From the NCBI GenBank assembly GCA_963724395.1, contig CAVRUK010000005.1, positions 1,001,261 to 1,065,260 on the forward strand: a DNA stretch of 64,000 nucleotides. The letters are read 5' to 3'. The position numbers and the translations under genes were made by a program. Positions 53,860 to 64,000 of the stretch are shown here, piece after piece (the stretch's first letter is position 1; every line of letters begins with the position of its first letter). Under the pieces are notes generated by a model. It searched no databases and was not told the DNA's origin. It worked only from the letters and a program-made list of their open reading frames with translations. The stretch is from an uncultured delta proteobacterium. GTDB lineage: Bacteria; Desulfobacterota; Binatia; Binatales; Binataceae.

Positions 53860-54891
53860 ATGTTTGGCCGCAAATTGAAATTGACACACACGCTCGCCGC
53901 CATCACTTTGGCTGCGAGCGTTGCTTTCGGCATTGGCGCCGCGCGCGCGGCCCAGGTCACACTGCTCAACGTGTCGTACGATCCGACCCGCGAACTTTAC
54001 GAAGCTGTCAACGCCCAGTTCGCGAAGGATTGGAAGGCGAAGACGGGCGACGACGTAGCGATCGAGCAGTCGCACGGCGGCTCGGGCAAGCAGGCGCGCG
54101 CTGTTATCGATGGTCTCGAGGCTGACGTGGTGACACTCGGACTCGCGGGCGACATCGATGCGATCGTCGACAAGGCGGGCTTGTTGCCGCCGGACTGGCA
54201 ATCGCGCCTGCCCGACAACAGCTGCCCCTACACTTCGACCATCGTGCTGTTGGTGCGCAAGGGAAATCCGAAGCAGATCCACGACTGGGATGACCTGGTG
54301 AAGCCGGGCATCTCGGTAATCACGTCGAATCCGAAGACCTCGGGCGGTGCGCGATGGAACTTCCTCGCAGCGTGGGGTTACGCGCTGAAGAAGAACGGCG
54401 GCGATGAGGCCAAGGCGGCGGCGTTCGTCGGCGCGCTCTACAAAAACGTGCCGGTGCTCGACTCCGGTGCGCGCGGCTCGACGACTACGTTTGTCGAGCG
54501 CGAAATCGGCGACGTGCTGATCGCATGGGAAAACGACGCGCACATCGCGATCAAGCAATTCGGCGCCGACAAGTTCGAGGTCGTGTATCCGTCGATAAGC
54601 ATCCTCGCAGAACCTCCGGTCGCGTGGGTGGACAAGGTGGATCAGCGTCACGGCACCGCCGCGATCTCGAAGGCATACCTGGAATTTTTGTACACGCCCG
54701 CGGGGCAGGAAATAATCGCGCAAAATTTCTTCCGTCCGCAAGACAAGGCGGTCGCCGCAAAGTATGCGAGCCAATTTCCAAGCTTGCCCCTGCTCACGAT
54801 CGATTCGGATTTTGGCGGATGGAAAAAGGCGCAGCCGAAGTTTTTCGGCGACGGCGGCGTGTTCGACAAGATCTATCAGCCGGGAAGTTAG
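53860..54891 (+). CDS. sbp: Sulfate/thiosulfate ABC transporter periplasmic binding protein
   Basis: '[61 protein letters not shown]' is canonical Sbp/CysP. Confidence 0.8.
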   Translation: MFGRKLKLTHTLAAITLAASVAFGIGAARAAQVTLLNVSYDPTRELYEAVNAQFAKDWKAKTGDDVAIEQSHGGSGKQARAVIDGLEADVVTLGLAGDIDAIVDKAGLLPPDWQSRLPDNSCPYTSTIVLLVRKGNPKQIHDWDDLVKPGISVITSNPKTSGGARWNFLAAWGYALKKNGGDEAKAAAFVGALYKNVPVLDSGARGSTTTFVEREIGDVLIAWENDAHIAIKQFGADKFEVVYPSISILAEPPVAWVDKVDQRHGTAAISKAYLEFLYTPAGQEIIAQNFFRPQDKAVAAKYASQFPSLPLLTIDSDFGGWKKAQPKFFGDGGVFDKIYQPGS

Positions 54892-54900
54892 CGTCACGCG

Positions 54901-55740
54901 ATGGGAGTTGGAGCGAAAACGAAACGGACCAATGTGCTGCCGGGATTCGGCCTGACGCTGGGCTTCACGCTCGCGTATCTCGGAATCGTTGTGTTGATTC
55001 CGATCTCGACGATCTTCTTCAAGACCTTCACGCTGACGTGGCCTCAGTTCTGGGCCGCCGTCGCAAGTCCGCGAACGGTAGCGGCCTACCGGCTGAGCTT
55101 CGGCGCTTCGATTGCGGGAGCGTCGATCAACTCGGTGTTCGGATTCATCGTGGCGTGGAGCCTGGTCCGCTACGAATTTCCCGGCAAAACGCTGATTGAC
55201 GTGATGGTCGATCTGCCGTTCGCGCTGCCGACTTCGGTGGCGGGAATAACTCTCACCGCGATTTACGCGGGCAACGGATGGATTGGGCGGTACCTCGCGC
55301 CGCTTGGAATAAAGGTCGCGTACGCGCCGCTCGGCGTGGTCGTGGCGCTTACGTTCGTCGGGCTGCCGTTCGTAGTTCGCACGATTCAGCCTGTGCTCGA
55401 GGATCTCGACCAGGAATATGAGGAGGCGGCGGCGACGCTCGGCGCGAGCCGCTTGCAGACGTTCATGCTGGTGATCGCGCCCGCGCTGATTCCCGCGCTG
55501 CTCACAGGATTCGCGCTCGCGTTCGCGCGCGCGCTCGGTGAATATGGCTCGGTCGTATTCATCTCGGGCAACATGCCGATGCATACCGAGGTGGTGCCGC
55601 TGCTGATCATGAGCAAGCTCGAGCAGTTCGATTACGCCGGCGCGACCGCGATCGCGGTGGTGATGCTGACGGCGTCGTTCGCGATTCTGCTCGGCATCAA
55701 CGTGCTGCAGAGGTGGAGCAGTCGCCGCCTGGCGGCCTGA
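54901..55740 (+). CDS. cysT: Sulfate ABC transporter permease CysT
   Basis: Six TM segments with the EAA loop; position after sbp. Confidence 0.8.
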   Translation: MGVGAKTKRTNVLPGFGLTLGFTLAYLGIVVLIPISTIFFKTFTLTWPQFWAAVASPRTVAAYRLSFGASIAGASINSVFGFIVAWSLVRYEFPGKTLIDVMVDLPFALPTSVAGITLTAIYAGNGWIGRYLAPLGIKVAYAPLGVVVALTFVGLPFVVRTIQPVLEDLDQEYEEAAATLGASRLQTFMLVIAPALIPALLTGFALAFARALGEYGSVVFISGNMPMHTEVVPLLIMSKLEQFDYAGATAIAVVMLTASFAILLGINVLQRWSSRRLAA

Positions 55741-55749
55741 CGTTTCGCG

Positions 55750-56634
55750 ATGGCCACTCAGTCGCAAGGCGAACAGAGAAAACCCGGGACCGCCGATCCG
55801 CCGGCGGTCAGAATCGCGCTGATCGCGACGGCTCTGGCGTTCGTCGCGCTGTTCATTTTCATCCCGGTGATCGCGGTCTTCGTCGAGGCGCTGCAGAACG
55901 GTATCGGCGCTTACTTTGCCGCGATTGTCGATCCCGAGGCGCGCGCCGCGATTCGCTTGACGCTGATGACCGCCGCGATCGCGGTGCCGCTGAACGTTAC
56001 TTTCGGAATCGCCGCGTCGTGGGCGATCGCGCGCTTCGATCTTCCCGGCAAGCAATTGCTGCTGACGCTGATCGACATACCGTTCTCGGTCTCGCCGGTC
56101 ATCGCGGGGATGCTGTTCGTGCTGCTGCTCGGCGTACGCGCCCCGATCGGCGGATGGCTCGCGGATCACGGCATCAGGATCATTTTTGCGGAGCCGGGAA
56201 TCGTGCTGGCGACTATCTTCGTCACGTTTCCGCTCGCCGCCCGCGAGCTCATCCCGATCATGCAGGCGGTCGGCAGCGAGGAGGAGGAGGCCGCGATCGT
56301 GCTGGGCGCCGGCGGATGGCAAATGTTCTTCCGGGTGACGATTCCCAACGTCAAGTGGGGCTTGCTGTACGGGATGGTGCTGTGCAACGCGCGCGCGATG
56401 GGCGAGTTCGGCGCGGTGTCGGTGGTCTCGGGGCATATCCGCGGGCATACCAACACGATGCCGCTGTACGTCGAGATTCTGTACAATGACTACCAGTTCG
56501 CGGCCGCGTTTGCGGTCTCGTCGCTGCTCACCCTGCTCGCGATCGCGACGCTCATCGCCAAGTATTACCTGGAGCGGCGCGTGGTGCCGGTCAAGCAGGA
56601 GCAGGACGACATGGCAGTCAAAGTTGCGGCATGA
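55750..56634 (+). CDS. cysW: Sulfate ABC transporter permease CysW
   Basis: Paralogous permease following cysT. Confidence 0.8.
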   Translation: MATQSQGEQRKPGTADPPAVRIALIATALAFVALFIFIPVIAVFVEALQNGIGAYFAAIVDPEARAAIRLTLMTAAIAVPLNVTFGIAASWAIARFDLPGKQLLLTLIDIPFSVSPVIAGMLFVLLLGVRAPIGGWLADHGIRIIFAEPGIVLATIFVTFPLAARELIPIMQAVGSEEEEAAIVLGAGGWQMFFRVTIPNVKWGLLYGMVLCNARAMGEFGAVSVVSGHIRGHTNTMPLYVEILYNDYQFAAAFAVSSLLTLLAIATLIAKYYLERRVVPVKQEQDDMAVKVAA

Positions 56635-56637
56635 GTC

Positions 56638-57708
56638 ATGAGTATCGAACTCAGAAATATCAGCAAGAAGTTCGGCGACTTCGTTGCGGTCGACAATATC
56701 AATCTGCATATCGAAACCGGCGAGCTGGTCGCGCTGCTGGGGCTGTCGGGCTCGGGCAAGACCACGCTGCTCAGGATAATCGCGGGGCTGGAAACGCCCG
56801 ACACCGGCGAGGTGCTGTTTCACGGCGAGGACGCGAGCGACGTCAGCGTTCGCGAGCGCAAGGTTGGTTTCGTATTCCAGCATTACGCGCTGTTTCGCCA
56901 CATGACGGTGTTCGAGAACGTCGCGTTCGGACTGCGCGTGCTGCCGCGGCGGGCGCGACCGGCAGAGGCCGAAGTCGCGCAGCGCGTGCATGAGCTGCTG
57001 AAACTCGTGCAGCTCGACTTTCTTGCCGACCGTTACCCCTCGCAACTCTCCGGTGGGCAGCGCCAGCGCGTGGCGCTTGCACGTACGCTCGCCGTCGAGC
57101 CGAAAGTCCTGCTGCTCGACGAGCCGTTCGGCGCGCTCGACGCGAAGGTGCGGCAGGAACTGCGCCGATGGCTGCGGCGGCTGCATGACGAGATCAAGAT
57201 CACCAGCGTCTTCGTCACGCACGACCAGGAAGAGGCGCTGGAACTCGCCAACCGTATCGTGGTGATGAACCAGGGACGTATCGAGCAGATCGGCTCGGCC
57301 GAGGAAGTCTATCACCATCCCGCCAACGCGTTCGTGTACAACTTCCTGGGCAACGTGAACCTGTTCCACGGCCGAATCGAAAACGGCCGCGTGTTTCTCG
57401 GCGACACCGCCGTCGAGCTCGACAGTACGCACGCCCACGCACATCCCGAGACCGGCAAAGCGGTCCTCTACGTGCGGCCGCATCTGCTGGAAATCGTGCT
57501 GAGGCCCAACGGCAAGCAGACGTTCCCCGCAACTGTGAAGTCGATCAACCCGGCGGGGCCGCAGGTCAAAGTCGAGCTGGTCGCCGAATGGGGCGACATG
57601 GTGCAAGTCGAGATCAGCCACGATCGCTACCAGACTCTGCACTTGGAGACGGGCGCGCACGTGTTCCTGAGACCCAAAGAGCAGAAGCTGTTCGTGTACC
57701 AGATCTAG
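56638..57708 (+). CDS. cysA: Sulfate/thiosulfate ABC transporter ATP-binding protein CysA with a C-terminal TOBE domain
   Basis: Walker A 'GLSGSGKTT', signature '[13 protein letters not shown]', Walker B 'LLLDEP', C-terminal TOBE-like extension. Confidence 0.85.
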   Translation: MSIELRNISKKFGDFVAVDNINLHIETGELVALLGLSGSGKTTLLRIIAGLETPDTGEVLFHGEDASDVSVRERKVGFVFQHYALFRHMTVFENVAFGLRVLPRRARPAEAEVAQRVHELLKLVQLDFLADRYPSQLSGGQRQRVALARTLAVEPKVLLLDEPFGALDAKVRQELRRWLRRLHDEIKITSVFVTHDQEEALELANRIVVMNQGRIEQIGSAEEVYHHPANAFVYNFLGNVNLFHGRIENGRVFLGDTAVELDSTHAHAHPETGKAVLYVRPHLLEIVLRPNGKQTFPATVKSINPAGPQVKVELVAEWGDMVQVEISHDRYQTLHLETGAHVFLRPKEQKLFVYQI

Positions 57709-57713
57709 AGTTC

Positions 57714-57907
57714 ATACCATATGTGGTGGTCCTGGGAGGCGTCGACTACCATCGGTAGCTTCGTTCCGTCAAAAAACTAATTTTCGCCGGAAGCGGTTTC
57801 GTTGTCGCACAATTTCGGGCGAGCTTGGCGAGGTAGGGGTTTGGTTGACCATACCTTATGGATAGCACAGAAAGTCCGCCGTGGTCAGGCTGAAAAGTTC
57901 ATCCCCC
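57714..57907 (-). repeat. Interspersed ~200-bp repeat family, copy D (inverted orientation)
   Basis: Reverse complement reads 'gggggatgaacttttcagcctgaccacggcgg...tttgacggaacgaagctaccgatggtagt...ccaccacatatggtat'. Confidence 0.6.
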
Positions 57908-57939
57908 ATGTTCGACCGCAGATTCACGAGCTCCCGCAC

Positions 57940-58476
57940 ATGATCAACGATCACAACCTTCGCGCGGCGCACAACAATGCCCGATGGTGCAACGCGGTCT
58001 GCGCCGCGCACGGGAATCCCGGCGAGTTCCATGAGGGCCTGTGGCTAAGTCGCCATTCGGTGCCACGCTTCTATCCAAATGCCGGGACGCTTGCGGAGGC
58101 CAGTCAGCGGCAGCTCGATCTGATCGATGAGCTGATTGCATCGCGCCTGCCGCCCGGATGGGCGGTCAAGGATAGTTTCTGCATGCTTGACCTTGAGTCG
58201 CGTGGGTTCCAGGTGTTGTTCACCGCGGAGTGGATCCATTTGCCGGTTTCCTCGCTTAGGGACATCGCCACTGCAGTAAAGGTGGACCGATGGGAGGTTG
58301 TCAGGAGCGATCGTGCACTTGCAGAATGGGAGTCCGCGTGGAACGGGACAGGAGGCGATGGGAGCGGGGAGAGAATTTTCGTGCTTTCGCTACTTGCCGA
58401 TCTTCGCAACGCGCACGCCTTGGGCTTCGAGTCGCTCGGCCCGCTGCGAGTTTGGACGTTCCAGCCACCTAAGTAG
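57940..58476 (+). CDS. Hypothetical protein
   Basis: ORF 57802..58476 trimmed to 'MINDHNL' because its 5' part overlaps repeat copy D. Confidence 0.3.
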   Translation: MINDHNLRAAHNNARWCNAVCAAHGNPGEFHEGLWLSRHSVPRFYPNAGTLAEASQRQLDLIDELIASRLPPGWAVKDSFCMLDLESRGFQVLFTAEWIHLPVSSLRDIATAVKVDRWEVVRSDRALAEWESAWNGTGGDGSGERIFVLSLLADLRNAHALGFESLGPLRVWTFQPPK

Positions 58477-58491
58477 ACGAAAGGCGCGCAG

Positions 58492-59100
58492 TCACTTGAC
58501 CCTTTCGAACTTGGCGTAGCCTGTTAGGTCTTGATCCGACGTTGTGTGCATTGGCATTGAGACTTCGCGTAGTACTGGGACTTTTTCTGTGATTGTGCCT
58601 GTGGCTGGGGCGTCCTTGGGTACCGTTATTACTCTTGTGCCTACGAAGCGGATTACTGTGGGTAGCATGCCGCCGGTGTCTTTGTAGTGAGTGTGGGTTG
58701 CTTCGAAGACTGTGTCGCTCTTGAAGAGTTTCGAGCCGGCGCGAATCAGGTATTCGTTGTTGCCCAGCGGGCGGACCAGGGTTGATTGGCTTATCACATA
58801 TAGATGTCCGACGGTTGGGCGTAGGAATCCCGGGTAGAGCGGATTTATGCCTAGCCAGTACGGCACGATGATGCGGCGGCCGGGCGGCCAGTCGGTCAGG
58901 CTGATATGCGCCTCGTGATCGTTGTTGGCGAGGATGAAGTCGCGGCCGGCGAAATCGCGCATGATGTCGCGGCTCAACTGATCCTCGGGCGGTGTGGTGA
59001 TTTCGCCGGTCGGGCCGAAGTCGAGCGCCTTGTCGGGAGTGCATCCGGCGACGACCGACATGAGCGTTAGCGCGATTGCGATGACGACGACGCGATTCAC
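58492..59100 (-). CDS. Lipoprotein of unknown function (tandem paralog 1)
   Basis: Lipobox 'LTLMSVVAGC'; paralogous to the next gene ('YVISQSTLVRPLG' vs 'YVISEATLEKPLD'). Confidence 0.5.
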   Translation of the reverse strand: MNRVVVIAIALTLMSVVAGCTPDKALDFGPTGEITTPPEDQLSRDIMRDFAGRDFILANNDHEAHISLTDWPPGRRIIVPYWLGINPLYPGFLRPTVGHLYVISQSTLVRPLGNNEYLIRAGSKLFKSDTVFEATHTHYKDTGGMLPTVIRFVGTRVITVPKDAPATGTITEKVPVLREVSMPMHTTSDQDLTGYAKFERVK

Positions 59101-59710
59101 GTTCGATATCTCGCGTAGCTGGCCGGGATTCTGCCGCCGAGCGTCCATTTCATTGGCAGCGAGACCTCGCGCAGCACCGGGATTTGCACGGGCTTGCCGT
59201 CGGGGCGCTTGAATTCGCGCTTGCCCATGTACTGAACGACGGTCGGCAGGATTTTTCCGGGGCCTAAGTATTGCGTGCGCGTGGTGACGAACACCGTCTC
59301 CTGCTTTACCAGCGAGCTGCCCGCTTCGATCATCCATTCGCCGGGCGTGTCGAGCGGCTTTTCGAGAGTCGCCTCGCTGATGACGTAGAACTCGCCCTCT
59401 TTCGGCGCCATCACGCCGGGCACGAGGATATTGACGCCGAACCAGAACGGCAGCTTGAGGAACTTGTCCTTGCGCCAATCGAGCGGGCGCACTTCGGCGA
59501 TTTGATTGTTGTCGCCGAGCACGAACGTGCGGTCGCGAAAATTGAGCTCGACATCTTCGGCGCTCGCATAGATGCTCGGCAGCGGAACGACCGGCGGCGA
59601 TTTGGCGCATCCGGCCAGAGTCGCGGCGACGACCGCGGCAGAAAATGCGAATGCGAGAGCAGCCGCGGTGCGCGCGAAATGTTCAGGCGGCCGCTTCGTT
59701 GTAGTGCGAG
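59097..59710 (-). CDS. Lipoprotein of unknown function (tandem paralog 2); start uncertain (possible TTG)
   Basis: Lipobox 'AATLAGC'; ~35% identity to paralog 1 over the mature region; the 5' end overlaps the upstream LLM gene. Confidence 0.45.
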
Positions 59711-60636
59711 GCAATTTCGCGGCCGACCAGTTCGATTTGCTTCGGCCATGCATCCGGTTCCGCGATTGGCCACAGTACAAACTTGTCGAGACCCTTCGCA
59801 ACGTATTGGCCCAGGCGCGCGATGATGTCGGCGGCGGAGCCGTAAACGGTTCGTTCGAGATAGGCTTCCGCGCCGCGGCCCATCGCGGACAGCATCGGGC
59901 GCATTTCCTCGAGCGCGCGCTCGCGCGACGACGAGATGCGGCACAGCAGGATGAGGCCCGACTCGATGTGCGCGTTGGCGCGACCGTAGCCGGCGGCATA
60001 GTCGCGAATCTTCGCCATGCTCGCGCCGAATTCGTCGGGGGTCTGGAACGAGGCGAAGAAGCCGTCGGCCAGGCGCGCCGCGCGTTTGAGGGCAGCGTCG
60101 GAGCGGCCGCCGACCCAGATATCCATCGTGCCGAAATCGTTGTTGGTGCGCGCGGCGGGTCGTGGCTCGATGCTCACGTTGTCGAAGTTGAAGAAGCGTC
60201 CGTGATAGCTCGCGACGCGCTCGCGCCAGACGGTGCGCAGCACCTCGATGCCCTCGCCGAGGCGCTTGCCACGTCCTTCGAGCGGGATTCCGCATGCGGC
60301 GTAGTCGGCGAGATTCGCGCCGGTGCCGACCGCCATCACCATGCGGCCGTTCGACAGGTAGTCAAGCGAGGCGAACGATTTCGCGACCATCAGGGGATGG
60401 CGCAGGTTGAGCAGCAGCACGCTCGGCCCGAGTTTCATGCGCGAGGTGCGCGAGGCGAGGAGCGAGAGCGTCGCGACGACGTCGAGTTCCGGCGAGGGCG
60501 CGAGCAGATGATCGGACAGCCAGAAGGAATCGAGGCCCCAATCCTCGGCGCGTTCCGCGACGCGCGCGATGGTTTCCGCCGTGGGCATCCCGAGCCGCCA
60601 AAGTCCGAAGCCAACTCCGATCTTCACCTGTTTCAT
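59683..60636 (-). CDS. LLM-class flavin/F420-dependent oxidoreductase
   Basis: 'MKQVKIGVGFGLW...DSFWLSDHLL' luciferase-like TIM barrel. Confidence 0.7.
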   Translation of the reverse strand: MKQVKIGVGFGLWRLGMPTAETIARVAERAEDWGLDSFWLSDHLLAPSPELDVVATLSLLASRTSRMKLGPSVLLLNLRHPLMVAKSFASLDYLSNGRMVMAVGTGANLADYAACGIPLEGRGKRLGEGIEVLRTVWRERVASYHGRFFNFDNVSIEPRPAARTNNDFGTMDIWVGGRSDAALKRAARLADGFFASFQTPDEFGASMAKIRDYAAGYGRANAHIESGLILLCRISSSRERALEEMRPMLSAMGRGAEAYLERTVYGSAADIIARLGQYVAKGLDKFVLWPIAEPDAWPKQIELVGREIASHYNEAAA

Positions 60637-60736
60637 TTTTTAGACTCCCGTGTGACTGGGATACTCCCGTGACTTTAGAGACTGCGGGCGCCTCGTTTGC
60701 GCGCATCAAGCGATGATATTAGCATAGGCCGCCGCA

Positions 60737-61510
60737 ATGAATCCGAATCCCGCGGCTTCGAACGGTGCGCCGGTAGCAGTGACCCTGTTGGGCACCGGCG
60801 ACGCGTTCGCGAGCTTCGGGCGTTTGCAGGCCGGTTATCTGATCGACGCACCCGGGGGCAGGATCCTGATGGAAGCGGGACCCTGTCTGCTGCAGGCGCT
60901 GAAGAGCAGCGGCGTCGCGACCGATAGTTTCGATTTGTTGCTTATTAGTCATCTGCACGGCGATCATTTCGCGGGCCTGCCGTTTCTGATCCTCGACTAC
61001 ATGTACGAAACGCGCCGCACCAAGCGGTTGACTATCGCGGGCCCGGCCAAGCTCGAGGAGCGGACGTGGCGGCTGATGCACACGATGTTCCCGCATTTCG
61101 AGGTGGAGAGAGTCAAGGACAAGCTGAAGTTCGTAGTGCTGGAGCCGGGGCACTCGCGGCAACTGGGCAAGTTCAAGGTGAAGGCGATTCGCAGTCCGCA
61201 CACCATGCCCGACATCTCGTTGTCGCTGAGAATCGAGAGCGGCGGAAAGTCGATAGTTTTCTCGGGCGACAGCGGATGGAATGATAAGCTGGTGAAGTTA
61301 AGCGCCGGCGCGGACCTGTTCCTGTGCGAATGTACTTACTTCGAGAGCGCTCATTTGAAGTTTCATCTCAACTACCCGCTGCTGGCGGCCGAACGCGACA
61401 AGTTCAAGGTGGGCCGCATGATACTGGTCCATCTCGGGCACGAAGTGCTGAGCCGCGAGGATGAAGTCGCGCTGGAATTGGGCTATGACGGGATGAAGAT
61501 CCAGGTCTGA
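60737..61510 (+). CDS. MBL-fold metallo-hydrolase
   Basis: 'LLISHLHGDHFAGL' HxHxDH motif. Confidence 0.7.
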   Translation: MNPNPAASNGAPVAVTLLGTGDAFASFGRLQAGYLIDAPGGRILMEAGPCLLQALKSSGVATDSFDLLLISHLHGDHFAGLPFLILDYMYETRRTKRLTIAGPAKLEERTWRLMHTMFPHFEVERVKDKLKFVVLEPGHSRQLGKFKVKAIRSPHTMPDISLSLRIESGGKSIVFSGDSGWNDKLVKLSAGADLFLCECTYFESAHLKFHLNYPLLAAERDKFKVGRMILVHLGHEVLSREDEVALELGYDGMKIQV

Positions 61511-61547
61511 GGCCGCGCGCGCACCGTCGCAAACAAGGATACTCGCC

Positions 61548-62321
61548 ATGGGCATAGTACAGGGCAAGCGGGCGTTGATCGTCGGCGTCGCGAACGACAA
61601 GAGCCTGGCGTGGTCGATCGCGCAGACGCTGGCGGCGGAAGGCGCCGAGATCGCGCTTACCTACCAGGGCGAGATCCTGGAGAAGCGCGTGCGTCCGCTG
61701 GCCGCGCAAATCGAGGCGGACGTAATCGGCGAACTCGACGTGAACGACGACGCGCAAATCGCGTCGGTGTTCGCGGCGCTCAAGAAAAAATGGAACGGGC
61801 TCGACTTGCTGGTGCATGCGGTCGCATTTGCGGAGCGCGAAGATCTGCGCGATCGATTTCTGACGGTCACTCGCGCCAATTTTGCCAAGTCGATGGAAAT
61901 CAGCGCCTACTCGCTGGTCGCGCTGGCGCGCGCGGCGGAACCGTTGATGGAAGCGCGCGGCGGCGGATCGATCCTGACGCTCAGTTACCTCGGCGCGGTC
62001 CGTGCGATCCCCAACTACAATATGATGGGTGTCGCCAAGGCGGCTCTGGAAGCCTGCGTGCGTTATCTGTCGGTCGATTTGGGAGCAAAGAATATTCGGG
62101 TCAACGCGCTCAGCGCCGGGCCGGCGCGCACGCTCTCGTCGTCGGCGATTCGCGACTTCCATTCGATGCAGCATGAGGTCGAGGCGCGCTCGCCGCTGCG
62201 GCGCGGGATGAAAATAGAGGAAGTCGGCAAGATGGCGGCGGCCGTGCTGAGCGATTTTTCGAGCGGCGTCACCGGCCAGACGCTTTACGTGGACGTGGGC
62301 TACAATATCGTCGGCGTCTAG
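61548..62321 (+). CDS. fabI: Enoyl-[acyl-carrier-protein] reductase (NADH)
   Basis: 'GKRALIVGVANDKSLAWSIA' plus the catalytic 'Y...K' region 'SYLGAVRAIPNYNMMGVAKAALEA'. Confidence 0.85.
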   Translation: MGIVQGKRALIVGVANDKSLAWSIAQTLAAEGAEIALTYQGEILEKRVRPLAAQIEADVIGELDVNDDAQIASVFAALKKKWNGLDLLVHAVAFAEREDLRDRFLTVTRANFAKSMEISAYSLVALARAAEPLMEARGGGSILTLSYLGAVRAIPNYNMMGVAKAALEACVRYLSVDLGAKNIRVNALSAGPARTLSSSAIRDFHSMQHEVEARSPLRRGMKIEEVGKMAAAVLSDFSSGVTGQTLYVDVGYNIVGV

Positions 62322-62338
62322 CTGCAAGGAGTATCGCG

Positions 62339-63115
62339 ATGGCTATAGTCACCGTTCCGCAGCTCGCGGACAATTACGCGTACCTGGTGATCGACGAGGG
62401 CAGCAAGGAATGCGCGGTGGTCGATTGCGCCGAGGCCGACAAGGTGATCGCGGCGGCGAAGGCGCACGGCGCGAAAATCGTCGCGGTGCTGACCACGCAC
62501 TGGCACGGCGATCATTCGGGCGGCAACAGCGACATCGCGTCGAAGGTACCGGGAATAAAAGTGTACGGCGCGAGCGCGGAAGGCGGGAAAATTCCGGCGC
62601 TGAACAATCCGGTCGCGGACGGCGACCAGGTCCGAATCGGCGCGCTGGAGGGCCGCGTGATCGGAATCCCGGCGCATACCAACGGGCACGTCGCGTATTA
62701 TTTTCCGAAGCTCGGCGCGGTGTTTACCGGCGACACGATGTTCGTCGGCGGATGCGGCCGCGTGTTCGAGGGGAAGGCGGCGACGATGGTCGCGTCGCTG
62801 AAGAAGCTCGCGGCGCTGCCCGACTCGACGCAGGTTTACTGCGGCCACGAGTACACCGAAAAGAATCTCCGCTTCGCGCTGACGCTCGAGCCGGGGAACC
62901 GGGCGCTGAAAAAGAAGCACGAGTGGAGCCTGAAGACCCGCGCGGAGAACAAGTTCACGGTGCCGTCGACGATCGGCGACGAGAAGCAGACCAATCCGTT
63001 TCTGCGCACTGACAGCGCCGAGCTGCGCGCGAATCTGAAACAGCGCGATCCGTCGATCGGCGACGATCCGATCGCAATCTTCGCGAAAACCCGCGAACTC
63101 AAGGACCGGTTCTAG
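62339..63115 (+). CDS. gloB: Hydroxyacylglutathione hydrolase (glyoxalase II)
   Basis: 'DNYAYLVIDE...VLTTHWHGDHSGGN' metallo-beta-lactamase motif plus the C-terminal GloB domain. Confidence 0.8.
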   Translation: MAIVTVPQLADNYAYLVIDEGSKECAVVDCAEADKVIAAAKAHGAKIVAVLTTHWHGDHSGGNSDIASKVPGIKVYGASAEGGKIPALNNPVADGDQVRIGALEGRVIGIPAHTNGHVAYYFPKLGAVFTGDTMFVGGCGRVFEGKAATMVASLKKLAALPDSTQVYCGHEYTEKNLRFALTLEPGNRALKKKHEWSLKTRAENKFTVPSTIGDEKQTNPFLRTDSAELRANLKQRDPSIGDDPIAIFAKTRELKDRF

Positions 63116-63148
63116 CGAGCGTCCTTCCTCATAGAGGAGATCGGGCTC

Positions 63149-63577
63149 CTAGAACGGTTTCAACACCGTCAGCACCAGGATTGCGATCAACAGCGCGCTC
63201 ACCATTCCGTGGATGACGCGGAACTCGTGGCGCGATGACTCGCTTGGATTGTCCTCGAGGAACTTGATCCGGCGATAAAACCGCACGTGATAAAAGAGCA
63301 GGATCGCGACCAGCAGCAGCTTCGCTTCGATCCAGCCCTGCCGCAGCACCGCCGGATCGAACATGATCAGCACGATTCCGAGGATGATGCTTATCGCCGC
63401 GCCAAGGTTGATGGTGGACTCAAACAAACCGCGCGCTGCGCCGAGAAAGCGTTCCTTGGGCAGCCCGACTTCGTCGGGCACGCGCGCGAGCAGGCTGGTG
63501 ATCATCAGCAATCCGCCCATCCAGAAGATCACGCCGAAAATGTGAAGCGAGAGTATGAAGCCGCGAAAAAAGTACAT
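63149..63577 (-). CDS. HemJ-like (UPF0093/CopD-like) small membrane protein, possible protoporphyrinogen oxidase
   Basis: 142 aa, four TM helices; the N-terminus 'MYFFRGFILSLHIFGVIFWMGGLL' resembles HemJ proteins. Confidence 0.45.
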   Translation of the reverse strand: MYFFRGFILSLHIFGVIFWMGGLLMITSLLARVPDEVGLPKERFLGAARGLFESTINLGAAISIILGIVLIMFDPAVLRQGWIEAKLLLVAILLFYHVRFYRRIKFLEDNPSESSRHEFRVIHGMVSALLIAILVLTVLKPF

Positions 63578-63757
63578 CGTAATCCCCCGGTTGCGTCAGA
63601 TTGCGCGCATCTCGATTGCGCCGGCGCTGGCGGGCGCTTGCCTGACTGGTTCGATACTTGGCATTGATTGGAGTACGCCGGTTGAAGAGAATCCTACGCT
63701 ACCGGCGCAGTCAAGCGAATCGATCGGAATCAACACGAGGGCGTGAAGATGGCGGCT

Positions 63758-64000
63758 TCCTACGAAGGAGAACTCAAACGCAAAAGAATCGGCGCGGATG
63801 AAGCGGCGGCGAAAGTTAAATCCGGCGACTGGGTCGAGTATGGATTCGGGCTCGGCCAGCCGGACTTGTTCGATCGCGCGCTGGCCGCCAGAGCGCACGC
63901 GCTCGAGCGCGTAAAGATCCGCGGATGCCTCGCGATGCGCCCGCGCGCGGCGGTCGAGGCGGATCCCGACGAACGTCATCTCACGTATTTGTCGTGGTAC
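63758..64000 (+). CDS. Acetyl-CoA hydrolase/transferase family protein (5' fragment, runs off the window)
   Basis: 'KRKRIGADEAAAKVKSGDWVEYGFGLGQP' resembles the N-terminus of Cat1/4-hydroxybutyrate CoA-transferase-type enzymes. Confidence 0.4.

Noticed and set aside
53821-57660. 1279-aa minus-strand ORF spanning the sbp-cysTWA cluster
   Set aside because: The translation is Arg/Asp/His-rich with no domain. It is antisense to four well-supported transporter genes, a typical high-GC antisense open frame.

Overview
High-GC (~65%) bacterial chromosomal segment, probably from an uncultured soil or sediment lineage, densely packed with housekeeping and catabolic genes. Recognisable blocks are listed below; every call is by eye from the sequence, without database searches.

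- phoH-ybeY-(inserted hypothetical)-lnt operon.
- prfB (RF2) with its programmed +1 frameshift site.
- Penicillin-acylase family Ntn-hydrolase.
- Two YfcG-like GST paralogs.
- panE, a CobS-like membrane protein and coaE.
- A translationally coupled GH-A/GT2 fusion polysaccharide synthase with an MsbA-like ABC exporter.
- A LemA/M48 peptidase pair.
- smpB with a divergent tmRNA (ssrA, 22595..22951). It is followed by a small integrated remnant that holds a low-GC ORF and an IS110-family transposase and is bounded by a partial copy of the tmRNA 3' end.
- A Ni/Co efflux protein.
- A secreted Trp-rich protein with about 11 tandem 30-aa repeats (31035..32764, minus strand). I consider it the best candidate for an undescribed system.
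- A low-GC islet holding an HslV/proteasome-like ORF.
- pobA.
- A K+ channel.
- A sugar-acid (L-fuconate-like) catabolic cluster.
- A pirin / P450 / ferredoxin cluster.
- An amidohydrolase and an S9 peptidase.
- Two F420-type LLM oxidoreductases.
- A sulfate-uptake cluster (Rrf2, DUF2292, beta-helix protein, OprO/P-type porin, sbp-cysTWA) with a duplicated ~135-nt leader upstream of two non-homologous genes.
- fabI, gloB and a HemJ-like gene.

Non-coding observations: a ~200-bp interspersed repeat family (4 copies, one inverted), palindromic REP-like elements, and two probable single-nucleotide frameshifts (in pobA and in an alpha/beta hydrolase).

No CRISPR array, rRNA or tRNA was seen.
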